From contig OX337230.1 in the NCBI GenBank assembly GCA_946965045.2, forward strand, positions 1,116,001-1,180,000: a DNA stretch of 64,000 nucleotides. Direction: 5' to 3'. The notes beneath the pieces were generated by a model that did no database searches, had not been told where the DNA came from, and worked only from the letters and a program-made list of their open reading frames with translations. The number at the start of each line of letters is the position of its first letter. Positions within the stretch are counted from its first letter, which is position 1. Both the position numbers and the translations under genes were made by a program. This document shows, in pieces, positions 41,903 through 54,359 of this stretch. Origin of the DNA: Epithemia pelagica. Taxonomy: Eukaryota > Protista > Bacillariophyta.

Positions 41903-43122
41903 CTTAAGTTGGAATCCGAATGACTCGTATCCAAACGTCAAAAGCCAAAAGGTGATGATACAGAATGAAGGATTGCTTTTTCTTTGTTCTCGTTGCAGTG
42001 TCTCGGCAACATCAATAATGTGAGAGGCAGAAGCAGTTGGTGTCTGTGTCTCTTTCCTTGCGTCCACATCTGCGTGCATCATCCGGTGTTGCGATATATT
42101 CAACCAATGAAAAACTTCAATGGAACATACACGACATGTCTTATCGTCCAGCTCTTCATACGTCACATATGTGCGGTACGTACTGCGTGCGTACTTCTTG
42201 CGAGCGCGGCGATTCCCCCAACCACGTTGCTCCCACAAACTCTTCTGAAGTCGCAAATGGCAATATCCGTAGTCAACCATGTATGTACGTGTACGGCCCC
42301 AAATGCAATAAACCTTGAGGATTTGCGTTGTTGAGATAACCTAGAAATGATAATGTCAAAACTTTAAAGAGTTGTGAGTGCTTAGACGAGTTTTCGTGAA
42401 AGACCCTTTTGGAAACAGACCGTTCTCGAAATTTCACGGTTGTCCGGACTGCTACCATCGGTTCCACCATCAATCGCTCTATTGCTTGTCATCTATACAA
42501 GATGAATGTCGCAGCCTATGAAATGGCTTATGAAGAACTCACAGTATTGGTAATGATATTCCTGGCGAGAAAGTTGGGTTCTGTTTAACTCAGATTCCAA
42601 CACCCTCGGTTTAGGTATGGGCATGTAGAAAATGGAAGGGGTATAATCCATAAAAAACATTTCTCCAAATAACAGAGCTGCGCGCCAATGACTCAATGAG
42701 AACACCTTACTGTGTGTTCCGACATGAGAGGTCATGAATGAAGGATACACAATGACTTTTTGCACCGCCTCGTGGTTTCGTCGTACTAAAACATGTATGT
42801 TACACAAGGATTCACAATGCAGACATCTACTTGACGCAGACATCGTCAGCAAGTTCAAGATTGGGGGTACAAGCATGGGTTTGCTAGTCACATTGGCCTG
42901 GATCTTCTTTTCAAAGTTTGTTTATAAAACCATTGGTACTAAATTACTACGGCTTATGATGAGGTGCTAAAGGTAGAACATCATCTCTGCACTGGAATTC
43001 TGTAGAATAGCACCTTCACGATCAAATATTACGACAGGGCAGGATTGACGAGCAACTCGGTCATGATGGCTATTCTCTTTTCTTTTCTTCGTGTTATATC
43101 TTTTGTTTACAATTCAAACAGA

Positions 43123-43689
43123 TTACAATCGGGGATTGGGCATGCACGAACCAAAGTCGTGAATTCCAAAATACTGAGGTCGCCCACCAGTGGCATGATC
43201 TTGGGGCAAACGTTGACCAGATCCATGGGCAGTCAATCGTCGAATGGCATCCCAACGGTAGGTGATTTGATAGTGGGGATTCGTGATGAAGGAGGCCGCC
43301 GGCGTCGAATGCTGAATGGAAGTTCCAAAATCGCGAATGCCGTACTGAGACCCTTCATAGTAGCGCGAATAACGTTCGTGCTGAATGAGTTTGCGAATGG
43401 CATCCCAACGATAGGAAATTTGATACGGCTCCGCGTCGACATAGCCAGCCGCTTCTTCTTCGGAGACGGCTCCATACGGCTGAATGGCACTGGCCGTGTC
43501 CGGGGAGGGCGGAGCCATAGAAACAGGTGTTCCCATGACTTGTTGCGACGTCGTCGTTTGCGTCGCCATGCTAGGCGTTGCAGACAAAACAGTCGTGGGA
43601 CGAGACAACGGAGCAATTTGGAAAGCGTGCGATGTACATCCCGAAAGCAACACAACAAGGGAAGAAAAGGCAAATAACGAGAGCTTCAT
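43123..43689 (-). CDS. Small putative plastid-targeted protein, family member 3
   Basis: Signal peptide ending TSHA-FQIAP. QPY and an internally duplicated YQI(S/T)YRWDAIR(K/R)L...(Y/F)GI(R/H)DFG unit. Confidence 0.75.
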   Translation of the reverse strand: MKLSLFAFSSLVVLLSGCTSHAFQIAPLSRPTTVLSATPSMATQTTTSQQVMGTPVSMAPPSPDTASAIQPYGAVSEEEAAGYVDAEPYQISYRWDAIRKLIQHERYSRYYEGSQYGIRDFGTSIQHSTPAASFITNPHYQITYRWDAIRRLTAHGSGQRLPQDHATGGRPQYFGIHDFGSCMPNPRL

Positions 43690-44986
43690 CTTTGACGTTC
43701 TTCGTGCAATGGTTCGTCTTCTGGAATGCTTTGGTGTCGAAGAACAAGGGACAATAAATGAGATGATTTACGATGACACCGGATTGGGTGTATTATTGTG
43801 CCTGTGCCTACCGCGTTCGTCTTCAGCTGCTGTCTCTCCAGCAGTAGGTTTGTCTTGTTCTCTCTTTTGTTCATGCTGAGGAACGACATCTTGGGGATCG
43901 AATCGAAGCCATCGTTAGTCGCAACGTCACACCTTTTGATGGATGTCAAGAAGTACGTGTGTTCGGATCCGCGACCTATTAAGCGACCAATCCACAGACT
44001 CCGACTTCCGAGTGGGTCTGGCCAGTCCCGCCATTTGCCTTTTTGTCTTCAGTCTTCAGTCGCCCTGGTTTTGTCCTAGACACGGACAAGGGACCGAATT
44101 ATCGGTGTCTAGAGGGACAAGTCAAAGGTTTCTGCCGTAGAAGCAACGCATAGCAAAAGCTCAGATATTACTCTTATGTTCGAGATATTATCCAAGCAAA
44201 GTCCTGATACTACCGTAGGAGTAACTATTTTTGACTGTAAATGCAGGTCCCTCGACGTACCATCGGTAAATCACCGTCTATGTTAGTATTCGCATGAACT
44301 TGGAGTACTCTCTTTTTGATCGACTAGAATCGTACGAATCCTTCGACATTCTGTTAATGAACTGAGTGATGAATCAACCAGGATCGATCTCATGATCAAT
44401 CGATTTCTAGTTTCGTTGTGCCGTCTTGCAATTTGTGACGATGACTTCTGGAGGATCCCGAAATCATAACCTGTCGAACCGATGTTGTTTGTCGTGGCCA
44501 TGAAAGCGCTTGACCTCAAACATCTTTGTATGTAGCTAGGGCCTGTCAAGAGGATTGTGGCTTTTAGTCGTTCATCACAAGAGACGAGCATGACAAAAAA
44601 CAAATCCTGTACTCCCAAAAAAGTCGAGAGAGAGAGAACTCGTGAGGAGGCATGTGTGGCGCGAACGAGGGAAGTTCGGCACGCTTTGTCATTCGTTGAA
44701 CGGAAGAATATGAGCGACCCCAACGGTCGTTATAATTAAGCCATGCATGAACAAATAGGATGCCCTCAAGAATTGGCTATTGCCCCCTTTTTCGTTCAAC
44801 GAAAATCCCAATCCCAGGGTCAGGGTCTACCTGACTTGGTAAAATCTTGGGTGGAGACTGGAGACGACGGCACAGAAAAATAGAAAGGGGAACTCGCAAC
44901 TCAACTTTTCGTTGTTCCCTTCTTGTCCATCTTTCCAGTTGCACTTTTGTCTCTCTTATTCCTAACAAGCGACGTAGTTCTTCAAA

Positions 44987-45964
44987 ATGTTGTGTCGTGG
45001 CCGTTTCGGAGTTACTCCAACATGGTCTCGTTGGTTGGTTGCATGTGTCGCTGTCCTGTCGTTGGGAAACCTTCCTCAGATGACCATGGCGACAAAATTT
45101 CAATTCGTGAACATGACTTGTACAGGCAATTTGGACCCGGGCGATGATTTCTATGCAACCTGTGAGGCAGCCGATGGAACTCTCGGAGCATGTGATGGAG
45201 GCGATCAATTGAAGGTAGAAGGCTCAATCTCTGTCAACGCTTCCTTGCCCACAGCCTACAATGTAACATGGAAAATCTGCTTGTTCTCCTTGCCGAGCCT
45301 GGGTTCAGTTATATGCGTGTACAGCGACACCCTACCGGGTGAATTATGCGATTTGGCCTCATTGACCGACAGGTACGTACGAAGAAAAATAGCATACGGA
45401 AAAAGTGATTCACGTTACGGCATCTTCCTCACATAGATCATGCACATGAAAATTGATGTATTCAGTACTGGCGGTGAAGCAACATGTGGAGATGAGGGAG
45501 ATTTTGATGTGTCGGTCGATGAAACACTGCCACCGTTCGATCTATCTTTTGGACACGGTATGTAGTTCCGGTGAAAAGCTGAATTATTCTCGCCTTACTC
45601 ATTCGTCTTGTCTCACGCCTCACACCGCGTAGGGTATAAATTGCATGTGGAAGCAACTCTGGAGGACTTGTCAAAAGACGAAAACTCAGCGGATCGTGAG
45701 TTTGCAAAATGCGACGTAACTATAATGACCACTTCCAGTAGTGATGATACGTCCCAGACCACGGCATCAATGGTCTTGACGTGGTCGGCTGTCTTTGGTG
45801 CCGCAGTGGTTGCCTTGGCCTGGCGACGAAGACGTGTGGTTGCGGTCAGGGAAGCGTCGTCGTCGTCTTCATCCCCTTCTGGATCGGCCCCTACCACGGC
45901 ATTTGTGGAAATGACCGATCAAGAAGCACGAGAGATGAGTGGTCGTGGTACTGGAGTTGTGTAG
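44987..45964 (+). CDS. Type I membrane protein with ML-like ectodomain (array member A); exons 44987-45372, 45466-45557, 45633-45964
   Basis: Signal peptide, Cys pattern ...GELCD / TCGDEGDF...TLP / KCDV, TM followed by RRRR, tail AFVEMTD...GVV. Phase-2 and phase-1 GT-AG introns restore frame. Confidence 0.8.
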
Positions 45965-46552
45965 GAGGTTTTGTATTGTTTCGTTTTCGTCCAAACTGTG
46001 TGTCTATGTGGATTCATGGGTGAAATGAAAAGATCTTGAACTCTCAACAAAATGAATCAAGGACAAACAACGGAAAAACATTCAATTGAGTTAATAGTAC
46101 AGATAGTCTTTTTGTTGTAAGTATATGGCATTCAGTTCTGATCATGAAAGACGTTGTAGTTTTCCGTGGTCCATCTGTTGCGGTACTGGAGTACGAATTT
46201 ACCAATCCTGGCTCATAGGAGTAACGGATTGCAGGCAACGCTCACTTTGTCAGATTCCACCGCACGCAACGAAGATTGGGAATTGGGAGAGCCCACGCGA
46301 CCATCGGGTCTTGAAGGGAACGTGTGATACATGGTTTCATTAGTTCTAAGTTAACCTTTTTGCTCATGTGGTACAACCGCGATCTAACTAGTCTACATGC
46401 ATGCAGCTCTGAACTGTTCCTTCAGCACTCATGACTCCGACAACACTTTCATCGGGTGCGATCAAACCCTTGGTTTGTTGGAACCGACCAATGGCACGTG
46501 GACGCGCATGGCTAACATGATTTCACTCCTTTTTCGATAAAAACAAAACACA

Positions 46553-47459
46553 TTACACAACTGTGCCTTGTTGGGCGGTAACATCCACAATTTTGGGCCG
46601 ATCAGTGAGTTCGACAAAGGCCGTCGTATTGTTGTTGTTGGTGGGCGTTAACGGTTCAAGAACCGCCTTAGAGGATGCTGCCGTAGCGAGACGGCGACGA
46701 CGTCTGCGTTGCAAAGATACGACAATCACAGCCACGGCACCCAGGGCAGCGGACCAGGTCATGACAATCGACGCGCCGTTACCGCCGCTGCTGTTGTTGG
46801 CATGAAGCGTTGCTTTACAAGTTTCGAACGTAGATCCACTACTGTCGCTCATCGATGCACTGGCATGAATATTGTAATCTAAAAAAGACCATAACGAGCG
46901 ACAAGGACAAAGTGTCAAATGAGTGCATGACAAACCCAAACACTACACATGATCAAGACAGACCAACGTACTAGACCCCATATTGGCAGGAAGGTCAGGC
47001 AATTTCTGGTCAATGTCCAAGTTAAAGGTACCAACTGAACCGCAATTATTACCAAAACTGTGGGTTTATCAAAACATTAACATGGTAGCGTGTCAGTGAT
47101 GAGAGAGAGTGGATTTGTGTCTTCAAGACAGAACCCAATCGAACTTACCCCACTTTATCGCACACATCAAAATCATCGAATTCTTTCGTGTAGGGGCAAC
47201 CCCAAAGGACTCCCATGGTATCAAATTTGCACACTTTGACCTCCAAATCGTATGTGCTGGGGAAAGCATTGTTGACAGTAACTGTGCCCGTCACCTGGAG
47301 GTTAGCGCCGCTGTCGCAGGCGCCACCGTCGCAGGAACCCGTCACACCCGACAGAGTAACCTTCCCCTTCGAACAACTGATGGATTTGACGGTCCACGTT
47401 GTAGCACGGCAAGAGACAAAGAGTCCTGACAACAGGAGGAAGACTCGAGCGATATACAT
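46553..47459 (-). CDS. ML-like type I membrane protein (member B); exons 47459-47149, 47057-46972, 46878-46553
   Basis: Signal peptide, DVCDK / NCGSVGTF...KLP / TCKA, TM plus RRRRR, tail AFVELTDR...TVV. Same intron phases. Confidence 0.82.
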
Positions 47460-48661
47460 GATGAATCGTCCGTGAGATTGGATGATCAAAGCGCAGTTGC
47501 AGAGAAGGAATGGAACTATGCTTGTTCTTCTTGATACCAAACAACAAGAATGGTTTGCCTGCTTGTACTTTCTTTGTATCAAGCAAAAGAACAACCTGTC
47601 GTCGAAGGACACGTCAAATAAGCTTACAATACACACAATCAACTGCACGAACGAGGAGACTTCCTCTCCTCGCTATTTTGGTCTTTGTTGTCGCAAACAA
47701 TTACGGGTTCTGTACACTACAATACGAATAAGAAGCCGTCTTGATTCGTAGTGTACCGATCCAACCGACAACTTGAACATTCGATCATCCGTTGAGACAA
47801 AAATTACTATGGCGCACCTCGCGTGCATCGGGAGCAGCTCGCCGGGCGAATCAGAGTGCGCAATAATTTTAGTAGCGACCCGCACAAATTTCTCCATCAA
47901 GATCTTGAAAACCGGCAACCTAAGAGAGACTCCATGAGCAAAAAAAGGGCATGGTCTATATCATGGTGCACATATCCATCCTCTGCCACGGGATGTCAAT
48001 TTTATCCCGTTTCCAAACCGAAGTCCTTCTGAGAAGCGCAACAACCAGGCTGAATCCAAATAATGGTGTGTGTCCAACAATCACACACTACCGTATAACC
48101 GTTCTTGGCTGCTGCAACTTGAACAGTCAGTACATTTTCGCTGCATTCCTATCTCTTGAAAGATTCCTGTCAGCCACGTACTCGGGGCAAGGATCTGTGG
48201 CCGTCTAACCGGGTTTTTGGTAGGTACGGCTCTAGTTAGGAGTATTGTAAGAAGGAAAGCTGGTCGAAAACAAGAGAGAAATAGTGTTGATAGATGATAG
48301 TAGTGAGTGGGGCAAGTGTCGACTCGCTCAGAGGCAACAGTTTCGCCACTGCGGGTAGGAGTAGGAGTACTCCTTGAGAATAGGCGAGTAGATGCACTCC
48401 TAGAGTAGTAGGTTTGTGATACAGCAAGGTAGGAGTAGGTTAGCTAGCAAAGAACACACCAACCGATACTCCATGGCGTTTGTAATAGTTGAATTTTAAA
48501 ATTTTGTAGGGATTGAAATTCCTTCAGAGAAGTTGGGGAGTAGACATTCATGTTTCACAATCCTTGATCCTTCTAATATCAAGAAAGCGGCCTACTAGGT
48601 AGGAGGACACCAGATCACAAGAGAGCAGCAAGCTCTTGTACCTTCGCTTGAAAACGTCGTC

Positions 48662-51601
48662 ATGAGTCAAAAGAGCAACCCACCGACCACTGGCACAAAG
48701 TCCAGCTGGTTGTTTTCGTCGTCGTCGTCCACTCCATCGACGACCACGCAGTCGTCATCATCGTGGTTTGTTCCACCCTCGTTTGAATCGGCCAAGGCCA
48801 CCTTTCAACAAGCCTTGGAAAGTACAGGAGATGCCTTGGAGAAAACGGGTGATGCCTTGACACAGGCCGCCCTGAATCCGTCCAGTCGACAAACACAACA
48901 ACAAAAACAACAACAACGACCACCATCCATGCAACCACAGCAAGCGTCGCATACCGCCAAATCCTCACAACCATTGCAAAACCAACAACAACAATCATCA
49001 TCATCCTCTTCCTGGTCGTCACGATGGATGGAATCGACCAAGGCTGGTTTGAAACAAGCCCAATCGGTATTGGAAGAACATCAAGCCAAATTGCATCATC
49101 ATTGGGTGGAATCCCAAAAACAACCGCAAGTAACGCCGCGTGATCCCTCCTTGCCACTCGATGTGGCAGCCTTGCACGAAACCAAATTGGTGTACATTAC
49201 CACACGCATTTTAACCTGTCGACATCCGGCCATGGATTCCAACACGAGCGATGCAGATACAGGTCGTGGCGGTAGTCGTGCGAGTCCAGGCATGTCGGGC
49301 GGCCGCAAATTGGCCGCCGTGGCACAATTGTTGGAACAACGCCATGGTTTGGATCATGTTCGCGTGTGGAATTTGAGTGAAGTGGATTACGATGCGACAT
49401 TGCTTCACAATCAAGTCGTGACCTATTCCTTTCCTGGTTCCCCCAGTCCTCCCTTGGGAATGTTGTTGAAATTATTAATGAGTTTGCAGGAATGGTTGGA
49501 TGCGCATCCACGCAATGTGGCCGTCGTTCATTGTTTGACGGGACAAGGTCGGACCTGTACGGTCGTGACGGCCTTTTTAACCTGGATGGGCCAAGCCGGA
49601 TTGGGTGTCTCGTGGCAAGATACGCTCCAATATGTCGCCGAATGTCAATCGGTACCCGTCCAAGAATTGACCATTCCCAGTCAACGACGCTATCTGTCCT
49701 ATTTTCAAAACATGCTTGATCAAGTCCGACCCAGTCAACCACCCCTGTGGTTGCAACGCATTATTCTCAACCAAGCACCCAAATTTGCGCAAGGGCCACC
49801 ACCATCGCCGACTGCTTCTTCGGCTACGACTACTGCAGCTTCCACCAGTCCAGAGGAGGCCACCAAACCAACAGGTACTAGTCAGAAGGAAACGGAAGTG
49901 TCTGAGCGCCCCTGGGGATGCTCACCCTATATTCAACTATTCAAGGAAGGAAAATTAGTTTTTACCGCACCCGCATCACTCTCCTATCCCACACAACAAG
50001 AACAATCCTCCTCGGAACCATCCAAACAACCATCAGCCGAAGGAGCAACGGACCCTACCACCAACAAGGACGCTCCCACGAATGGTCCTGTCGAATCTGC
50101 CAAGGACACGACTACTACTACTGCGGATGATGATGGCACCACCAAGCCAGCCAAAGCCTCATCGTCCACCGTTCTTCCCTTTTGTACCACCAACGGCGGC
50201 GCGGTCCAATTTCATGTTCATCAAATTGTCCAGGGCGACGTTTTGATTCGATGTCGTCACGTGACACCGCGTAAGAATGCCAAACCGGTTCGTACTTCCA
50301 TGTTTCGAGCCGCCTTTCACACAGGATACATTGGGGGCAATGTGTTGCGATTGACCAAATCGCAATTGGATGGAGCCTGCAATGATGACGATCGATTCCC
50401 CAATGACTTTTATGTGGATTTTATTTTTGAACCCATGGATTCGGAAGAAGCCGCCAAATTGTTTGCCCAACAACAAGCACGACAACAGGCCGAAGAAGAA
50501 GCGGCTCAATTTGAACAAGCACAACAACAACAGGGACCGTCCCCACCAAAAGGAGGAGGATCCGCAACACCCTCCACGGTGGTCACGGCCAGTGCCTACG
50601 ATACCATGTTGGACCGAGATTCGAAATTTTGGGAAGTGATTGCCAATCGCAAACAAGAACAGGCGAAACGGGAACAAGAAGCCAAGGACCCACAAAATGA
50701 TAAGGATAACAAGGAGCAAACACCAGCGGACAGTAAAAAAGACAAGGATGGTACGACGGGTGATGATTCCAAAACTAGTAACAATCCATCTCAAGACGAT
50801 CCATTTTGGGGACCGACCGTAGGTCGACGCCGGCCATTGAAACAAGCCGAATCTTCCTCGTCGTCATCTACAGGGGCTACCGCTTCTGCTGCGGCACAAT
50901 CGACATCGGCGGGTGGTGTTGCCACTGCGGTGGAATCGAGCAAAGCCGCTGCCTCCGCCTTGGCTGCCATGGCCTTTTCGATTGGTGGGGACATGGACTT
51001 TGTACCGCCCTCTCCTCCTAGCAACAAGACTTCGATCAAACCGAAAAAGAAAGCAACCGATTCGCTATTGGCGGCCTTGACGGGGGCCTTGGATGAAGAC
51101 GACAAGGACGAGGAAGAAGAACACGAGGTTGTATTCATGCCCGAAAGTGACGATGATAGAAGCGCTGCTGGAACCTCCGCGACCACAGGAGCAGCGAGTG
51201 CGACGGCCTCGGTGAGCTCCCATACCTCAACAGGAACAGAACCAGTGGCAACGACCACTCCCACCGAAGTTTCTTCGGACCAAAACACGAGTGCACCTAG
51301 TAGTGGCAGTAGTAGCACCGTTCCTGTCAGCAATACAACTGCGACAACGCCGGTGCCACCGCAAAGCAACGAAACAGGGACCACAACAACGGCCGTCACA
51401 TCCAATACGAACGCCGTGGCGGTAGAAGGGCAGGATGAGGGTGATATTAATGTGGACGATGTAGATCAACTGCTTTCCCAGGTCGGAGCTGTAACCGGGA
51501 TTGATATGGATGATATCCATATCGACTTGGATGGTGTTGATGACGACGACGATGATTTGGACGATTTGGAAAACTTGCTGTCGTCTACCAGAAAGACGTA
51601 G
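48662..51601 (+). CDS. PTEN/tensin-like phosphatase plus C2 domain protein, 979 aa, with a long acidic Ser/Thr-rich tail
   Basis: LVYITTRIL, VWNLSE, intact CX5R loop (VHCLTGQGRT), IPSQRRY, and C2 motifs GDVLIRCRH, MFRAAFHTG, LTKSQLDGA, RFPNDFYVDFIF. Confidence 0.92.
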   Translation: MSQKSNPPTTGTKSSWLFSSSSSTPSTTTQSSSSWFVPPSFESAKATFQQALESTGDALEKTGDALTQAALNPSSRQTQQQKQQQRPPSMQPQQASHTAKSSQPLQNQQQQSSSSSSWSSRWMESTKAGLKQAQSVLEEHQAKLHHHWVESQKQPQVTPRDPSLPLDVAALHETKLVYITTRILTCRHPAMDSNTSDADTGRGGSRASPGMSGGRKLAAVAQLLEQRHGLDHVRVWNLSEVDYDATLLHNQVVTYSFPGSPSPPLGMLLKLLMSLQEWLDAHPRNVAVVHCLTGQGRTCTVVTAFLTWMGQAGLGVSWQDTLQYVAECQSVPVQELTIPSQRRYLSYFQNMLDQVRPSQPPLWLQRIILNQAPKFAQGPPPSPTASSATTTAASTSPEEATKPTGTSQKETEVSERPWGCSPYIQLFKEGKLVFTAPASLSYPTQQEQSSSEPSKQPSAEGATDPTTNKDAPTNGPVESAKDTTTTTADDDGTTKPAKASSSTVLPFCTTNGGAVQFHVHQIVQGDVLIRCRHVTPRKNAKPVRTSMFRAAFHTGYIGGNVLRLTKSQLDGACNDDDRFPNDFYVDFIFEPMDSEEAAKLFAQQQARQQAEEEAAQFEQAQQQQGPSPPKGGGSATPSTVVTASAYDTMLDRDSKFWEVIANRKQEQAKREQEAKDPQNDKDNKEQTPADSKKDKDGTTGDDSKTSNNPSQDDPFWGPTVGRRRPLKQAESSSSSSTGATASAAAQSTSAGGVATAVESSKAAASALAAMAFSIGGDMDFVPPSPPSNKTSIKPKKKATDSLLAALTGALDEDDKDEEEEHEVVFMPESDDDRSAAGTSATTGAASATASVSSHTSTGTEPVATTTPTEVSSDQNTSAPSSGSSSTVPVSNTTATTPVPPQSNETGTTTTAVTSNTNAVAVEGQDEGDINVDDVDQLLSQVGAVTGIDMDDIHIDLDGVDDDDDDLDDLENLLSSTRKT

Positions 51602-51848
51602 ACTCATAGCTCGCGTATAACTACTCCTACGTACGGGGCATGGTTTTCCTTTGGGGTTCCGCTTTATTCATAGATTCATGTACACTAATGATAAGACACA
51701 CTGACATCACTATGGGCACAGTCTCTTTTAGGACTGTACAGTCTTCTTTTCGATGTCGAGAGAGGGGTTCAGTGTTGACGCAATGACTCCCTTTTCCGTT
51801 TTTGCGCAACGAGCTAGAGGAAGTGGAGATGGCGAGACTTGCTAGGTA

Positions 51849-52453
51849 AGGGCTGGGTAAGCCGATCCATGTTCGGCTAGGTAGGCTCAGTACAAAACCT
51901 ACGTAGAGTACACAAAATCTCATAGTTGACGTCACGCCGGAAATGGTCGGAATTTCAAAAAAATGCAAAAACGCTCGACAATGATGGCGAGATCCGGTGA
52001 CGCCGTATGCATTCACCCATGCATCGCATAAACATCCAACCACCGTAAGTCCTTTGCCTTAACCTTTGAAATTGTTGTCTAAAATTACAGAAGATTTGCC
52101 AAGTTGGCTGAAAAGGTACGCTCATTTTTCTGCAGTGATGAAATCGAACGACCGCCCTAACTCACTCATTTTTCAATGCTGACTCGACCGAATTGAAAGC
52201 ATAGTCACTCTAGTAGTAAATAATCTTCTTGTCAAAGCGGTCGAGGCAAGCTCTATTATTGAGGAAGTTATGGCCATGGGGGTGATGGCTTCCACCATTG
52301 TCGAGCGATGGCTTCCAATTTGCATTGTTTCTCGTGGCAATAAGTTTTCAATTTGAGACCATCCGCCCCACTTCTTACACAGACGAAAATAGTACTACGT
52401 AGGTTAATGTGCTGAGCCTACTTAGCCGAACATGGATCGGCTTACCCAGCCCT
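51849..52453. mobile_element. MITE, copy 2 (605 bp), inverted relative to copy 1
   Basis: Same TIRs and TA flanks. The interior aligns with the reverse complement of 35391-35984 with many substitutions. Confidence 0.92.
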
Positions 52454-52954
52454 TAGGTGGGTAGGTCTAGGTTGTCTCAATTCTTTGTCCGGCCTATCGT
52501 TTCGGTCGCATTAATCGCCGCCATAGTGTACTCGTATATCAATCTTATGACCACTGACTTCTGCCGGAAGAATCCGACACTCCATGTTGCAATAAGCAAT
52601 AGGCGAGAACCCAGTTTGTTGTCTGTCGGAGTTCCATACTTCTGGTTCTCTGCTCTGGTTTCTGCACTTCCTATCGCACGCGGATTGATATAGGGAATCG
52701 ACAACAATGATGTAATTGAGAAGCGGTATCGACTCCAGATCGCTAGGTTGCTCCTATGCCGAGCAAAACTACCGGAACACCAAATGTTTGGTTTCTGGGG
52801 CAGTCTTATTTTGTAGGAGTATTTCGTCATCTGTGGTTGTGGTGTCCATCAACAATCAACAATCTACTCGTAAGACACGAGGAAGGAGCAACGATATCCA
52901 CAAAATCATTTTTGAAATCCACTCATTCATCTACAAAGATACTCCTACGAGACA

Positions 52955-54184
52955 ATGGATATGATGAACTCTCATGACGCAGAACCAGCAGACTATTCAG
53001 CCTACCGAGCTGCATTGGCATTGAACAATCTCTCAGTGACAATGATGCATCGCGGTTGCTTTGGTCCTGCCGTGAGCACGCTATGTGATTGTTTGACTAC
53101 AATGCAGCTTGCCTTTGTGCCCAAAGCCTATCGAAAAGCACGGCATCACAATAGCACTGTCGGGACGAATACTAGTGCCATTCTTCGTGCACGTCTCAAC
53201 CAAATTGTGGTGAATGCGTCTCGACGCTATCGCCGCACCATGAAACTACTATCGAAACGGGACGGCAATAGTCTTCAGGATACTGCAGCCTCTTTCCCAG
53301 AAGTGGTTCCATTGGACAATGATGACATTTCCGGACTTTTGTCAGTCGCTCAATACGGTCCATCCTTTAGCATGGTATCACCGATTCGGATAGTGGGAGT
53401 TTGTGACAACGCTGAAGGTGACCAGGAAACTGATGAGATCATCAAGCACTTTGGTATAATGTTGTATAATCATGGATTGGCCAGTTTCCTCGTGGCCACA
53501 ACGACAAACAAGCGATCCAGGAACCAACCGAGCCTCAAGCACAAAAAGACACAAAACAAGTATCTTCAGAGATCTCATAAATCCTTGGAAATGGCGGAAC
53601 GAACACTACTCCAAGTGTTTGCTCAAGGACATGAAAGCTATATGAATGGCCAGGGTCGTCACTGCCGTCGTCCCACAAGCCATTCTCCTCCATGCTCCAT
53701 CACGGAGGACAGTTCCGTACGGCTCCTTTTGGCCATTACATTAAATTCGCTGAGCACCACCTTATCCATGAGCGATGAATCGAACAGCGTTTCCAGGAAT
53801 GTGAAACCCAACGAACCACAAGAGACGCAACGATGTACTACTACTACTACCTTGTCGTCGTCCTTGTGCTTGCAGGCCAAGGAACGAGCATCGGCTTTTA
53901 CACGAAATGTGATGCCGCCATCCCGGCTGCATAGCCATACAATTACAATAGCGCGACTGCGTGCTGATGCATGTGCCTGCTCGCACAACGGACAAATTAT
54001 GGCAGCCAGAAGAAGACTTAAGGGAATCTATAGTATATCCTTAGTTATCTACTTAGTGTACCTTTCTCCTGTGCACGTGCGTGTCTCGTGTTTCGAACTC
54101 GGAAGCACAGGGAATTGGCGACATATCTTCTTCGCCCATTCACTTTCAGTTTCCGAAGTCCCCAAGATGCCTGGCGATGACTGA
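52955..54184 (+). CDS. Uncharacterised helical (TPR-like) protein
   Basis: ALALNNLSVTMMHRG, IMLYNHGLA and LAITLNSLS resemble TPR-type helices. The C-terminal part of the ORF looks degenerate. Confidence 0.5.
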   Translation: MDMMNSHDAEPADYSAYRAALALNNLSVTMMHRGCFGPAVSTLCDCLTTMQLAFVPKAYRKARHHNSTVGTNTSAILRARLNQIVVNASRRYRRTMKLLSKRDGNSLQDTAASFPEVVPLDNDDISGLLSVAQYGPSFSMVSPIRIVGVCDNAEGDQETDEIIKHFGIMLYNHGLASFLVATTTNKRSRNQPSLKHKKTQNKYLQRSHKSLEMAERTLLQVFAQGHESYMNGQGRHCRRPTSHSPPCSITEDSSVRLLLAITLNSLSTTLSMSDESNSVSRNVKPNEPQETQRCTTTTTLSSSLCLQAKERASAFTRNVMPPSRLHSHTITIARLRADACACSHNGQIMAARRRLKGIYSISLVIYLVYLSPVHVRVSCFELGSTGNWRHIFFAHSLSVSEVPKMPGDD

Positions 54185-54359
54185 CTGAACGGTCTGTCTT
54201 GTCTTTGTTGCATTACAGGTAGCCTTTGCATCATTGTCAACACGCTTGTTGTTGTAAGTCTGAGCGTGTGACCCGTAATTTCTATTCCGGGGCAACGCAC
54301 TCTTTTCTTTTCATCAAACTAGAACGAGCAACCCAGGCAGGAGGAAAGCAACAAGGACG

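Noticed and set aside
41903-42970. Upstream extension of the 41231-42280 ORF, and the 42493-42891 ORF
   Set aside because: The signal peptide begins at 41902. The upstream frames lack coding features.
44283-44723. 146-aa minus-strand ORF
   Set aside because: No motif or compositional support.
47500-48210. An eighth ML-like paralog between member B and the PTEN-like gene
   Set aside because: No signal peptide, Cys pattern, conserved middle exon or tail motif was found.
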